A stretch of DNA of 63,467 bases, filler included, from Diploschistes diacapsis (GCA_023645945.1; 33 parts of 33 records of this genome joined end to end with filler, not necessarily neighbours in it); one strand, 5' to 3'. Numbered from the whole stretch's first letter, positions 24,013-36,655 are shown. Notes: a model not told the origin generated them from the letters alone. Made by a program: numbers and translations.

Positions 24013-26828
24013 ATGATGAACGGCTCGCAGCCTGCGATACCCATGTATCCAGGGCGCGGACAACATGATATACAATACAACCCTCCTCATCATGCGCCAT
24101 ATCCACAGCAATATCCTGGGCAGCACCAGCAGCACTTTAGGCAGCCATACTACCAGCAGCCTCCTCAACAATGGGCATACTATCCGGGCATGCAAGCGAT
24201 GCCGCGCCCGTACTCACATCAGTACCAGCCCATGATGAACGCGCCATATCCCATGCCCCAGGCTCCTCAGTCGATGTCGCCACGTCCTCCTCAGCACATG
24301 TCTCCTCATCACCCTTCGATGAGACCACACCAAGCAATCTACTCACCCCCACCTCTAGAACGGCCAATGCATACTCTACCGCCCGCACCGTCATCTCGAC
24401 CTTCACCACCGCCTGCTCCTCTGCCCCAAACTTCACGCACGCCATACTATCCTCCGGTATGTTCTATTTTGGTATGCTTGCCGTTGGTCTAACGTTCCTT
24501 AGCTTCCCTGGTACTCCGTTCCAGAATCCGAGTTTCCAATCACGCCATCAAGACGCAAGAAACGAAAGCCACCACCGCAGTCTTCTAACCTCCCAGTTGA
24601 ACTTCCAGAAAGGGCACTTGCAAGATCATCCGAACCTAGACTCGAGATGGACACGGCTATGGAGCCACAGTCGGGGCCCATGACTAGCTCCCCTACGTCT
24701 TCCGTACCTCTTACGAATCTCGAAGTCGCAACATCTGAAACCCCCGCCACATCACATGCGCCATCTGAAGCTGATTCAACCCAACCCACCACACCATCTT
24801 CTGCCATTCCCCCACGGCTGCCGGTATCCAATGGTGCGCCACGGTCAGCTTCAAAGGTAGCCCCTATCGTGCCTGCTATTCCACATATACCATCGCTTTC
24901 TCGGCCAACAAAAGAAGATTCTATTTCTTCGAGGCCAGACTCGAGTAAGGAAATGGAATTGGAGACTGAGAAGCATGGTATCACGGAGACTCCAAAAGAT
25001 AGCGGCGAAGAGGCCTCGAAAGAAGATTCGAATGAGTCTACGGAAACACCACAGCCATCATCGCCTCAGCCCAAGGCGGTGCCAAAGTCATGGGCAGACT
25101 TGGTTCGCTCAAAAGCACCACCCATGACAGCAAATGCTGCCACATCTCCCGACACGGATGAAGCTCAGCTCAATGGCAGCCATCTCAAAGGCAGTCCATT
25201 ATCTGAAGTCCTTGGTAAGTTCACGGTCAGATCCAACGAAAGCGACAGCAAAATCGCGTTCACTAAGCCTCGAGGACTCGTAAACACGGGAAATATGTGC
25301 TACATGAACTCTGTAAGCACTTCGCTCACTGTGCTTACGTTTGATAGTCTGACAAAGCCAGATTCTACAGGTTCTCTTGTTTTGTGTACCTTTTTATGAT
25401 CTTCTTGACCTCGTCAGCCGGAATGCGACTCATAGTTTCAAAAGCGAAACGCCCATGATTGATGCTATGTAAGATGCACTATTACCCTAGGAGATATCAA
25501 GGCTAATGCTCTTTTCGTTCAGGGTTCTGTTTATACGCGAATTCTCAGTTATCGACGCGGCTGCGTCTATTGAGCAATTGCGCATGCGGTTGAAAGATAA
25601 TGAATTAGAAGAGTATGGGGAAGCCTTCATACCAGACTTTGTTTATGAAATTATCCGCAAATTGCCTAGGTTTTCTTCAATGAGGGTATGTATTTGTCTG
25701 GCCATTTCTTTTAGGTCATGCGCTAACTATCGATAGCGAGGGCATCAGCAGGATGCAGAGGAGTTTTTAGGTTTTCTGCTTGAAGAAATGCACGAAGAAT
25801 GCGTTCGGGCTATGAAAGGCCTCGGCCCTCCTGCAATGGACAGTGCGATTCCTGACGAACTTTTATTGAATGAGGAGACGGCTCCCTCAGAGGACGGGGG
25901 CTGGCTTGAGGTTGGCCCAAAGCAAAAGGCTTCCATTACACGATCTTCGGGATTTGTCACGACCGAGTCTCCTATCACAAAGATCTTTGGTGGAAAATTG
26001 CGGTCAGAATTCAGGGTGCCAGGCGCAAAGAACTCCGTTACTCTTGAGCCGTACCAGTCTCTTCAGCTTGATATTGGGTCCCCCCACACAAACAACATCA
26101 CCGACGCCTTGAAAGGCCTAGCTCGTTCTGAGGTGCTTCACGGTGATTTTAATTCCTCACGTGGTCCCAACGTCGGAGCGACCAAGCAGGTCTTTTTCGA
26201 AACAGTCCCACCTGTTCTTATACTGCATCTTAAGAGATTTCAGTATGATAACACGGGTGGGACACAAAAGATCTGGAAAAAGGTTGGATATCCTCTTGAC
26301 CTTGAAATCCCGAAAGAGGTCTTTCCGCCGCACAAACGTGGCGGTCTTGCGGCACATGGTGGTCTACCGAAATATCGGTTGATCGGGGTTGTCTACCATC
26401 ACGGCAAGAGTGCCAGTGGCGGTCACTACACAGTGGACGTCAGGCGCCAGGAAGGTCGGGAGTGGGTTCGGTTTGATGATACGATCATCCGTCGAGTGCG
26501 GAGCGAGGATGTTGCCGAGGGTGGGAGTGAGGAAGATCCCAAAGTTCTTGCTGCCGCACTAGAGCAACACAAACGCGATCAAAGCGTTGGCGGGAACATC
26601 TTCGACCAAGTACGCGAAGAGCAGGAGGAAACTTCCGACAATCAGAAAGGCTGGAGCCACGTCAATGGCACAAACCACGCCAGCTCGACCACGAAAAAAT
26701 GGTCGGGAGTTGTCAACGGTACGGTGACACCGACGTCATCTTCCGGAAAGCACACGCCAATAGGAAGGTATTGGGCGAAAGACAACAAAGTGGCCTATAT
26801 TCTGATATACCAGAAAATGGGCTACTAA
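24013..26828 (+). CDS. UBP3: Ubiquitin-specific protease, Ubp3/USP10 homologue, about 871 aa
   Basis: Exons 24013-24456, 24503-25312, 25362-25468, 25523-25685 and 25737-26828 give 2616 nt in frame. P/Q-rich N-terminus, KSWADL, Cys box PRGLVNTGNMCYMNSILQ, GHQQDAEEFL, LHLKRF and His box YHHGKSASGGHYT. Confidence 0.93.
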
Positions 26829-27563
26829 AGACGCGATCAACGGCAGCTCTGGGTCATGAAAGCGGATCGCTAGCTGTGAAAATCCAACGGACGGTTACGG
26901 AGTACAGCGATCGTTTCCAGCACTCTCACACGCCTAATGACACAGACTCTACGTACAACGCCGGGTAAATCTTATGTTGCTGTTGGACGCAGTTTGTTTG
27001 CTGGATGTTGATACCACAAGTTAAAAGGAGGCAGGCAAAGGCATTGTCAAATAAACCATCTAATTGCTAGCTTGGCTACATCAAATCAATCTTAACTCGT
27101 ACATCCAAGCGTGAACACGACTAAGAAATGCATTCAAACTATCACAGCGCATTCCTAATAGAGCATAACAGCCGGAATGGGACTTCATTCGGAGTCGTAT
27201 AGTAAAGTAGCCCATAAAGTTGTTGAGGAGCGGCTGGCGGACTGGGTGTGTTAGCGTGCCACCTTCAATGTCAAGGCCAGCCCGCAATTAGCTCGGCTCC
27301 TAAAGAAACACGTAACGTGATAATATATTGTATCTAGATAATGATGATGGATCTCATGTGCGGGTTATATTCATAGGCTGGTCTCCACAAGATCTTCCGC
27401 TATTGATTAGAAGTTCTCACAGCCTTCACGCAGCTACAGTGGCTGGCATGGCCACAAAACCTTACCTTTGGACGTCGAGTATGTGCATCCACATCTTAAG
27501 CGCTTCGCTTTTAATTGACCGACCATTCTAGTCGGGGATCTCTCTTCAATAGCAGCCGCCTAC

Positions 27564-28677
27564 ATGGCGTACAGTAACCTCACCCTCAAAAATCTCCTTG
27601 GCTTAACGCAGCCAGGTGGCACATGGCGCCTCCTCGCCCTGATATTCGCGCTTCTCAACCTCAAGTCACTCCCGTTCGTTTGGCATGTATGACGGCGCCT
27701 TTCCTTCGCATAGTCCTAAAAAGCCTTGAGGACTGTGCTGACCTACTTGTTACCAGATTCAAGTGTTTTATGGATTGCTCAGACACATCTTCCTCTTCAA
27801 GAGCCGTGCTCCGCCGCCCCATCCCCCGGGCGCCCTATTCCAGCCATTGATAACCAGCACCCGTTGCTCCTTGATGGAGATGGATTACAACCTGCATAAG
27901 TCAAATAGCACTTACTTCTTAGACCTAGATGTTTCGCGAATGCATCACCTCGCATGTCTCATGCGCCTGGGCCTCCATAGAGCCCATTTCAAGACCGCAC
28001 CGAGATCCTCGAATGATGATCAAGAAGGACAGTTTCGAATAATGTTTGGTGGTGTCACATGCAGCTTTAAGGAGGAAATCCGACCGTTCCAAAGCTATGA
28101 AATTTGGACAAGAGTGCTAAGCTGGGATCAGAAGTGGTTGTATCTTGTCTGTCACATTGTCAAAAAGGGGGCCGTGAAGCCAAAGGGGTATACTCTACAG
28201 CCATGGCAGAGAGGGTCAAAATCCGAACTGGGAAGCAACGACCTGGAATTGAATGGCACAGCGCAGGAAGGAATAGGACCTCATCCGGCTATCCTAGCAG
28301 TGTCTGTCGCCAAATACGTCTTCAAACGGGGCAGAAAGACGATTCCACCAGAAGACTGTCTCTGCGTTGCTGAGCTCCTCCCCCCGAAACCGGAGGCGCA
28401 TCTGGGCAGGCAGCCTCCTCCAATGAAGGCAGGCGTAGAAACGCCGACTATCGACGAAAGTGCCACAGAAAACATCGTGGTTGATGCTGTATCGAGTTTC
28501 GTGCCGGACAAGGAGGTGTTAAGCCCGAAGATACAGGTAGATTTCAGTCGATGGGACTGGGATACGATCGAAGCTGAAAGACTTCGGGGCATGGAGATTG
28601 CGCAGCATATGGGAGGTTTGGATCAGGCATTGAACGTATGGACTGCAGATAAGGAAACAGCGTTGGGTGAGTTCTAA
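27564..28677 (+). CDS. THEM6-like hotdog-fold thioesterase family protein, about 347 aa
   Basis: Exons 27564-27686 and 27757-28677. Motifs LNLKSLPFVWH, EMDYNLHKSNSTYFLDLDVSR, YEIWTRVLSWDQKWLY and KYVFKRGRKTIPPE. Confidence 0.85.
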
Positions 28678-29235
28678 AGAGTGGAATTAATAAAATCCGC
28701 CATAGAATCGCGAACCGTATGTATGAGCTTGGTAGCATGATTCACTTCACTGATACCGTGTCGGTATTCAACCAGGGTTGGTGGCTGTATCCACCCTCGG
28801 ATACAAGGTGGACAGGCAATATTAAAAATAATTACACACCCAATTACCTGTTCTACCACTTAATGGCCAGGCAAGGAGCTCGAAAGATGCTTCAGACCGA
28901 TCATAAAATAAAGCTAAATTTTTTGGGGACAGCTCCACGCATCTCAGGTGTTTTTATAATCGATCTGAAGCATTTCTCAAGCTGGATGTGCAAACTACTG
29001 TTAACTCGGCCTGGTGGACTAGAAAGTAATTCGATGGAAGGCTGTCGAAGAAACCTCTTCACGATACGGGAAAGGTCACATGCCGGCGCGTAACCCTTTC
29101 TCTACGCGCTCCAAGCGCGCCTTGCTGCACGTGATTTGGTTGACGCAACTTATGTAAGCCGCAAAATGGCTGCCAGTAATGTTTACTTCCTTTTCGCCTA
29201 AACTTGCTCAAAAACTGTTTCCCACTTCACACACA

Positions 29236-29269
29236 AATTCTCAATTCTCAATTCTCAATTCTCATTCTC
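29236..29269 (+). repeat. Short (AATTCTC)n tandem repeat upstream of a gene
   Basis: About five heptamer units, the last imperfect. Confidence 0.8.
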
Positions 29270-29537
29270 TTTCTCTGCGCGCTTCTTTTCAGATACTTTG
29301 CACGATTCACGATTTCACGACTCCAGTCTAATGATTCATGAGAGATTACGAGGTCACGATAGAGATACCCCATTCTAGCTTCAGTTGTTGCTGCTGGTTT
29401 GTTTTAATATCAGCAGGTTACCAGGCAACCACAGCCAAAACACTTGAATTCAATCAAAAAGTGTTTCTCGGGAAGCCACGGTGCAGTGTTGTTGCACTCA
29501 AGATTTGAAATACTCCTTGCTTCAAATTGCATTAATC

Positions 29538-31729
29538 ATGGGCACCGAAGCAACGGGATCCCCTACCACCGGGTTGATGCAGGTGCGTGACGATGCTACC
29601 TTTTGCAGATGACTGCAACTTTACGCGGCAAGAGCTGGGCTAACTGCTGTGAACAGGCTAACGATAATTTTGACAATTCTTTCTCAGCCGATAGTGTCGT
29701 GGCTGAGTTCAATCCACCCTATCGATCTAATGATACTTGTAATTTTTCTACCACGAGCACAAAGAAGCGTGCTTTTGGTATGCTCGATAATGCTTCAGAG
29801 GATCCTGCAGATCTCGAGAAGCGAATCAACGATGCAGTCAAAGACGCTGTTTTTGGCAGCGTTTCTAAGAAGGCCCGCAAGAACGGCGATGCCTCAGCTG
29901 CAGCCCTTGGCCTAGGATTGGCCAAACCTGAGTCTCAGGAGGAACCCCTAAGGTCTCCCAACAAAGATTCACCAAAGAAGAAAGGTTCGTACAAATCAAA
30001 ATTTATCGAGGGAAGCATGAGAGATCGCCGAAGCCTTCCACCGCCTGCTCATATCGTTGGCGAGGACTTGGCGATGAAGTGGGCCGCCGAAGACGAAAAG
30101 TCTAGGCCTTCACAAGATCTCCACATGCCCTTCACAGGTGGCGCCAATGCTGAACGTCCGAGCAGTATGTATGCTTTCGGAAATGTCGTCGCCGGCGCTT
30201 GGAAAAACATGAACAAGTACTGGTGGAGTGGATTAGCAGCCGAGAGCAAGGCAGCCGAACCCATTAATGAAGATCCCAAAGTTAAGGCGGAGAGAATCTA
30301 TGCCGAGCTCAAGAATAACAGTGCCTTGACCGGCAAATCCATTGCTGATATGCTAAAGAATGGTGACTTTGCCGAGAATGAGATTCTGAATCCGAAAGCG
30401 AGCAGTCCTCCGAAAAAGTCTGTCGAAGTCAAACACGAGCCAGTCTCACCAGGAGCTCAACTTGCACAAGAGATGCAGAATAACGACATTGGCGACGCTG
30501 AAAACGCCGAAATGCCTCTAGATAACCCTACCGGCCCTACGCAAACAAGAAATATGGTTGAACGACCGCCCGGACCGCATATGAAACGCTTGGAGGATTT
30601 CAAGGCAATTGTGGATGCACAAACCCCTCTGGATAGTGGTGAAAGCTACAAAGAAGCACATATTAAAGTTGAAGAAGGCAAACGAATCGTTTCCCGGGCT
30701 CCCTCAAGCCGCAGTGTTCTCACTGACTCTAGTGAAAGTCAACTTCTGGAGATTCCTTGGTCCGAGAGTTTCACTGATGGTCCATCACCTACTTTTCAGT
30801 CTAACGGTTCTTTCGTCAATGCTGAATTGTGTGCGAAGAACGCACCAGGGAACCGAGATTCTGGCGTTGAGATGAATGACTTTCATTCTTCTCAAGAAAC
30901 CCATAGCCTTGAAGTTGGCGTCGAGTCAAGCTTTATTAATGGGAACTTTCAAAGTCCCGTGCCAAGAGGGAGCAACATTAGAATCGAGACACCTAGCGCC
31001 CGGGAAAAGTCCATCGATTTAAGCACGGCACAGAGTAAAAAGCACGGTCTTCTCAACCGTGCGTCGATACAAGGCCTCAGAAGCGCCGCCTCCCGCTTCA
31101 ATCTGAGAAGTCGTAACAGACCAGCGCTTCCTGAAGAATGGGGTCAAGGAAATGCTGAGGCAACTCCCAAGAAGAATGAGAGAGTCATACAAAGGAAGCA
31201 GTCGAAAGCGTCTCTGGCCAAACAAACCAAGCTCACCAAGAAGATCGAACAGTTGGAAAAGGAGCTTGAGAAAGCGAAAGCGGCGCGTGCCACCATCTTG
31301 ATTAACGACGACAACGACGAAGATGTAAAAGGGGGAAAGTCATTGCAAATAGGTTCCATGAAGGCGGTGCTCTCCAGATCGGAATCACAGCGCAGTGGCA
31401 CAAAGCGTAAGAGTGATGAGTCCGAGGCAGCGCGCGGAGATAAGACGATGGCTACTCCCCAGAGTGCTTTGAAGCGGCGCAAGAGCGGTAAGTCTGTTCC
31501 CGAGAATGAAAGTTCTCCACCTGAACAGATGCGTTCTAGCAGAGCTGCGGCGCGGACTGCTTCAGAAAAATGGAGAGCTGCCTGTAACCTCGACACTGAT
31601 GCCGTGCCACCTGTTCCGACAGTCCCTACAAAGTATCAAGAACAGGTTGCACGGGTTGCATCTAAGAGGAGCAGACAAAAAAGATTAAAAGAAGAAGCTT
31701 GGAACGGGTGGGATGAGGAAGTGTTTTGA
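29538..31729 (+). CDS. Hypothetical, largely disordered basic protein with a coiled coil, about 705 aa
   Basis: Exon 29538-29582, intron GTGCGT...GCTAAC...CAG, exon 29657-31729. Short motifs SKFIEGSMRDR..LPPP, KLTKKIEQLEKELEKA, VPPVP and C-terminal WDEEVF. Confidence 0.8.
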
Positions 31730-32192
31730 ATGCAGTAGTTTTTGATGTTTGGGACAAGCGTCCTAAACGGCTGGCTGTGGGTTTTGTCTTGAGGGTTTTT
31801 TTTCCTCTCCATTCTTATGGATTTGAAAGCCGAGTATCCCTTATTGGCAGCTGTTTTCACTGACCCTCTCTACCTACCAATAACTTCTGTACGGCAACAT
31901 ATAACCAGGCTGACTGGTCTTGCATCGTGCCGCTGCTGCCCTTAAGGGTAGTGTGCTGGCTGGCTTGACATGCTGTTGCTCTCTAAGAGAACAAGAGCGG
32001 TGGCATCTGGCTATTGCATAGCTCTGCTTTGTATATTAATACCGATAATACTGACACAACACCCAAAAAGCGCGAGAAGTCACAAAAGAGTGTCGAAAAC
32101 TATAGCGGGGATCTCCATTAGACCTCTAAGCAAGTACCGTGAAAAGGTATGGTTAAGCAAAGCTATATTACAACGATCAATTACTACGAGCC

Positions 32193-33767
32193 TTACTTTG
32201 TCAAGTCCTCAAACATTTTCTTCGCTCTCTCGAACTCCTGCGTCACATCCTCGTCCCAGATCCACTTAAACTGGTGGCTAAGCTTGTCGGACAGCTTGTC
32301 CAAATCATCGTCAACGCCCGTGGCATGCAGCTCGTACAGCTCGCCCGCATTATGGCTCGTCGTTACCAGCTTCTGTGACCTCTCCCTCCTCACCTCATCG
32401 TACGCCCGAAACGCGGCCTCCGCCTGTTCCGGCCTCTTGACCAGCCCCAACAACGAACTAAGTACGTAGGCGTCCTCGATCGCCATCCCGGCTCCCGCCC
32501 CCTGATGCGGCGTGCTCGCATGCGCCGCGTCCCCAATGACCGCCACCCTGCCCTTCCAATACTGTGGCAGTGGCGGATCTTCGAACAGCGCCCAGACATC
32601 CGGCCTTTCCATCAGACTCAGCAACTTCTTCGATTTCTCTCCCCACTCCTCGAAGTCCTTCATCAGATGCTCCCGTTGCATCGGCAAGACCCACTTCTCG
32701 TCCCGCCACTGCCCGTCCTTTGCCCTCCGGAACGCGACAACGTTCATGAGCTTACCGTTCTCAATCGGCATGGTAATAAAATGGCCCCCGTGCCCGACGT
32801 AATTCTGGGCCGTCATCACAAGCGCTTTGTCCCCCAACAACTCCAGCGCCTTCGCCATCGGCAACAGCCCGCGGTACGCGTACTTGCCCGAGAACACGGC
32901 ATCGTACTCCTTGCCCCACAAGTGCCTCCGCACATCGCTCTTGATCCCATCGCACCCCACCGCAACAGAATGTCTCGCCGACTCCGACCCATCCGCAAAA
33001 TACAAAACCACCCCCAGCCCATCCTGCTCGATCCTCTTCACCCGCTTCCCAAACGACACCCCCTCCCTCGGATAGAGCTCAACCAGCTCGTCCAACAGAT
33101 GCGCCCGATGCGCTACACTCATCCCGAAGCCTCCCTTCGTGTGCCCCTCCCCCTCCAACTTCGCGAACCCGCCCAACACCGCTCTCTCGTCGTCGAACCC
33201 GGCCACCCACTCCGCCTCGCTGCGCCCGTTGATCTCGGTGACCAGAGACCCGGCCTTCCACCCGGCGGCCTTGCCGCGCCCATCCATGCCCATGCGGAAC
33301 TGGAAGTAGATGTCGCGCTTCGAGGGATCGAGGTTCTCGCACGAGACCTTGAGGTAGCCGGCCAGGATGCGCGGGTCGATCAGCGACATGGCGCGCTGCG
33401 CGTTGATGCCGATCCCGACCCCGGCCCCGATCTCGCCGAACTGCGAGGCCGCTTCGTAGATGTGGCAGGGGACCGAAAGCCGCCGCAGGCCGAGGGCGAA
33501 GGTCAAGCCAGAGATGCCGCCGCCGCTGGATGGGGAGTTAGTGTGGACGGGGAAGGGGGGTGCAGGTAGAGGGCGGAAGGGTTGGTAGGTGGTGGAGGAA
33601 CATGGCAACGAGAGCTGAGGATTGCTAATGAAGGCGAGACAAGAAGGTTGAAGAGGTAGAAGAAGGGGGAAAAGAACAACGATGGGGAAGGATGGAGATC
33701 AGAGGGTTAAGACTGGAGCTGGGTGGACTTACATAATGGCGACGCTGAACTGCTCGTTCGAGCTCAT
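32193..33767 (-). CDS. FAD-dependent monooxygenase, salicylate hydroxylase-like, about 455 aa
   Basis: Exon 33767-33733, a 207-nt intron and exon 33525-32193 restore VAIIGGGISG. Also EIGAGV, GCDGIKS and GDAAHASTPHQGAGAGMAIEDA. Confidence 0.93.
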
Positions 33768-33951
33768 TTTTTCCTGGCGTGTTTCCTGACTGTCTTATGT
33801 CTCTTCAATATCAAAACTTCTCTAGCCCTCAATAACCCTTCGAGGGGGAGGNNNNNNNNNNNNNNNNNNNNNNNNNNNNNNNNNNNNNNNNNNNNTTAAT
33901 TAATTAANNNNNNNNNNNNNNNNNNNNNNNNNNNNNNNNNNNNNNNNNNNN

Positions 33952-34359
33952 CAGGAGTACGTGTACAAGCCGCCGCAGGCTGTGTGCAAGAGGCAGTTCT
34001 GCACCATGGCGCAGACGTTCGGGTACGAAGACGCGGTGCAGTTTGCCCTGGTGGTGGAGCGCATGACGCAGGGGGAGAGGCGGGACTGCTTGGATAGGTT
34101 CTATGCGGTTAGAAGGAGGGAGTTGGCTGGGATGGCGCGTGGCGGTGGCGGGGGTGGCGGCGGTGGTAATACTGGTGATAGTGGTGGTGGCGATGGTGGT
34201 GGTGGTGGTGATGATGCGGCTGCTTCTGGCGCTGGGGGTGGCACTGGCCTAGGCGCTGTAAAAAGGGAGAGGAAAAGAGATAATGGAGACAGTGCCGGAC
34301 AAGCGGTAACGAAGGCGGAGACGAAGAGGGAGGAGGAAGGGTGGGACGAGGCCTGGTGA
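33952..34359 (+). CDS. 3' end of a hypothetical protein with a Gly-rich tract (5' truncated)
   Basis: GC-rich frame open from the contig edge to TGA 34359. Confidence 0.55.
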   Translation, partial: QEYVYKPPQAVCKRQFCTMAQTFGYEDAVQFALVVERMTQGERRDCLDRFYAVRRRELAGMARGGGGGGGGGNTGDSGGGDGGGGGDDAAASGAGGGTGLGAVKRERKRDNGDSAGQAVTKAETKREEEGWDEAW

Positions 34360-34473
34360 TTCCGAAACGGGGTAGGTAGGTTCTGTGTTCCTGTGTGTTG
34401 GGGGCGTTTCTGGGTATGGGGTCTTTTCCTTCCCTTTTTCTCCCCCCCCCCCGCCTTCGGGATACGCTACATA

Positions 34474-35203
34474 CAGTACTAGTCCAAAAGTAATGGTCCC
34501 TCGGTTAAATCGGTACAAATAAACAATAAATGCCTACTATTATTTCTATAATAATGCCACCATATCGTCGTGTGTAGCTTTAGGAGCGCTATGAGCTTAT
34601 AGGCGTATATAGATCAGGTGTTATCCTGAAAAATGTAGTTAATAGGCTAAATATTCTTTATTTTATAGTTAAAAAGACAATAGCAAAGGTTTCAGAACGT
34701 AATAAAGATTAAGATGATTTAAAGCGTTCCGGAAGATCTCGAACAACGTCCGAAAATCAAGAAAATAAATTCTATCGAACGGCCAGACGCTATCTAGAAT
34801 CTAAATGATTTAAATTGCTCGATATCTCGTTTATTAGTAAAAATATAGTGCGCCGAAAATTCCGCGACATCGATCCTTCTTTTAAAAAATATAAGATACG
34901 GTGGAAGCCATATTTAGAGCTTAAAAATACGGAAAAACGTTTAAGGTACTCTCGAATACACCGAACTTAGCGCGCCGAGAATTTTATTAATATTTAATTT
35001 ATCGACGAGTGCTCTATAATAATAGAAAGTAATAAAATACGAAAATAGATATAAAGATATATAAGAAAATAATGGCTTTCCGATTACTTAATAAAAACGA
35101 TTAAAAATAAAGAAAGTATAATATATTAACTTAATATAAAAGCCGATAAACGCGTCGTATAATATTTCTTCGAAAATTATTATATAAATAAACGAAATGT
35201 TAC
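34474..35203 (+). mobile_element. Tc1-like DNA transposon, 5' half, RIP-degraded
   Basis: TA followed by the TIR CAGTACTAGTCCAAAAG. Frame from ATG 34554 contains KRSGRSR (GRPR-like), KP.L and *FIDEC (first catalytic D). Confidence 0.8.
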
Positions 35204-35303
35204 NNNNNNNNNNNNNNNNNNNNNNNNNNNNNNNNNNNNNNNNNNNNTTAATTAATTAANNNNNNNNNNNNNNNNNNNNNNNNNNNNNNNNNNNNNNNNN
35301 NNN

Positions 35304-35676
35304 ATATCCCGCTGTCGTTTATTAATAACGGAAGTCGTATTATATAAATTTTTAATATTTTGAATAATTATAATTATTAAAGCGTCGTTTATGTCGTTTA
35401 TTATTCGAGAATACTATATATTAAACGTTGTTAATATGGCGTTGACGAGTGCTGTATGCGTAATTAAATTATTAATGGCGCGTATAATGCCCGTTATTGA
35501 CGTAATAAGCTTCGGTGTATCCGGTTTAGTAAATTCAAGTTTAGATTCAGGTTCAACTCTTTTCCTTAGAATTTCAACTCGTAAGAACTTCTTTACTAAC
35601 CATCGGCCACCATCATTTGGCTCGGGTTAATCATAAGGAACGGGAGTAAGGGTTTTTAGGGTGCTGTGATCCTCGG
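35304..35676 (-). mobile_element. Copia pol fragment (region upstream of RT)
   Basis: Reverse complement of 59880-60250 and 52460-52719; the 59880 copy runs on into a YVDD RT. Confidence 0.65.
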
Positions 35677-35847
35677 TGTGACAGCGGGGGTAGTGCCTAA
35701 TAGGGTAGCGCTATCCCACTGAGCCAAAAGACTAACACTATGCTTTCAGGAACCCCGAAGCACTGTTTCCCTATTACACTATATGTAGGTGCGTGGCTGC
35801 GGCAGCAGGGGGACCTGAACCCCGGTGCGCACACTGCGGGCGTTGCA
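35677..35847 (-). mobile_element. LTR family E, single LTR
   Basis: TG...CA termini; matches 52095-52258 over about 125 bp. Confidence 0.8.
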
Positions 35848-35999
35848 TTTAGGTTCAGTTTTAGATTTTGTACTTTTTGAATCTTTATCGTTTGAACCTT
35901 CTGCATTATAACGCGTTTGTTCTTGCCTTTCTTGTCGCGGATGTTTTGAGATTTTTTTTCTCCCGCTTCTTGTCTTTCGTTATGATAACTATTTTTTTA

Positions 36000-36555
36000 A
36001 ACTCTTTAGCGAGCTTGTACTATATTGCGCGATAATTATCGCTATAAAGTAGATATCCTTTTCTTAAGCTAGAACGGCGGCCTCGTTATTCGTTAGATCG
36101 TTATTGGTAAGTGCGAGACGATCTTTCATAACCTAGGGAATATATTATAATTTTTATTATTAGTTTTTTTTGCTTGTCGATTAGCCTGTTGAGCCATTTG
36201 TCGAAGTTGATATTGACGGATAAAACATTCTCGATTTATATATTAATGGTATCGATAATGATTTTGTAACTAAACGATAATGCTATAAATAATTATTAGA
36301 AAAGAATCTTTAGGGCGTATTCGGTTCGTTTATACGACAACTTCTTTAAAAGTTTTATTAAATATATCCAAGCTTTTTGAATAATAGTACCGTTCTTGAA
36401 TTTATAGTTAGTAAACTCGAGGTTCAGTTGTCGGCGTTCAGGTTCAATTATCGTTTAATAATTTATCTACAAAGAATCTTATTTGGCTTTTATAATAAAT
36501 AAATCACGAAAACGTTTTTGGTCGATCTCTATCGTATAAATCATAATTTAATAGT
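36000..36555 (-). mobile_element. Probable Copia gag remnant
   Basis: Degenerate AK*DSL*.KY...EFTNYKF....IQKAW...LFIALS.SY...IDTI; boundaries approximate. Confidence 0.45.
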
Positions 36556-36655
36556 NNNNNNNNNNNNNNNNNNNNNNNNNNNNNNNNNNNNNNNNNNNNT
36601 TAATTAATTAANNNNNNNNNNNNNNNNNNNNNNNNNNNNNNNNNNNNNNNNNNNN

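Noticed and set aside
32505..33569. 354-aa ORF antisense to the monooxygenase (and similar ORFs over 10798-12155)
   Set aside because: These are shadow ORFs caused by high GC3 on the coding strand; they have no recognisable motifs.
10854..33767. Secondary-metabolite cluster from TPP enzyme, thioesterase and FAD monooxygenase
   Set aside because: The TPP gene is on a different contig, no PKS, NRPS or terpene backbone gene is present, and the intervening genes are housekeeping.
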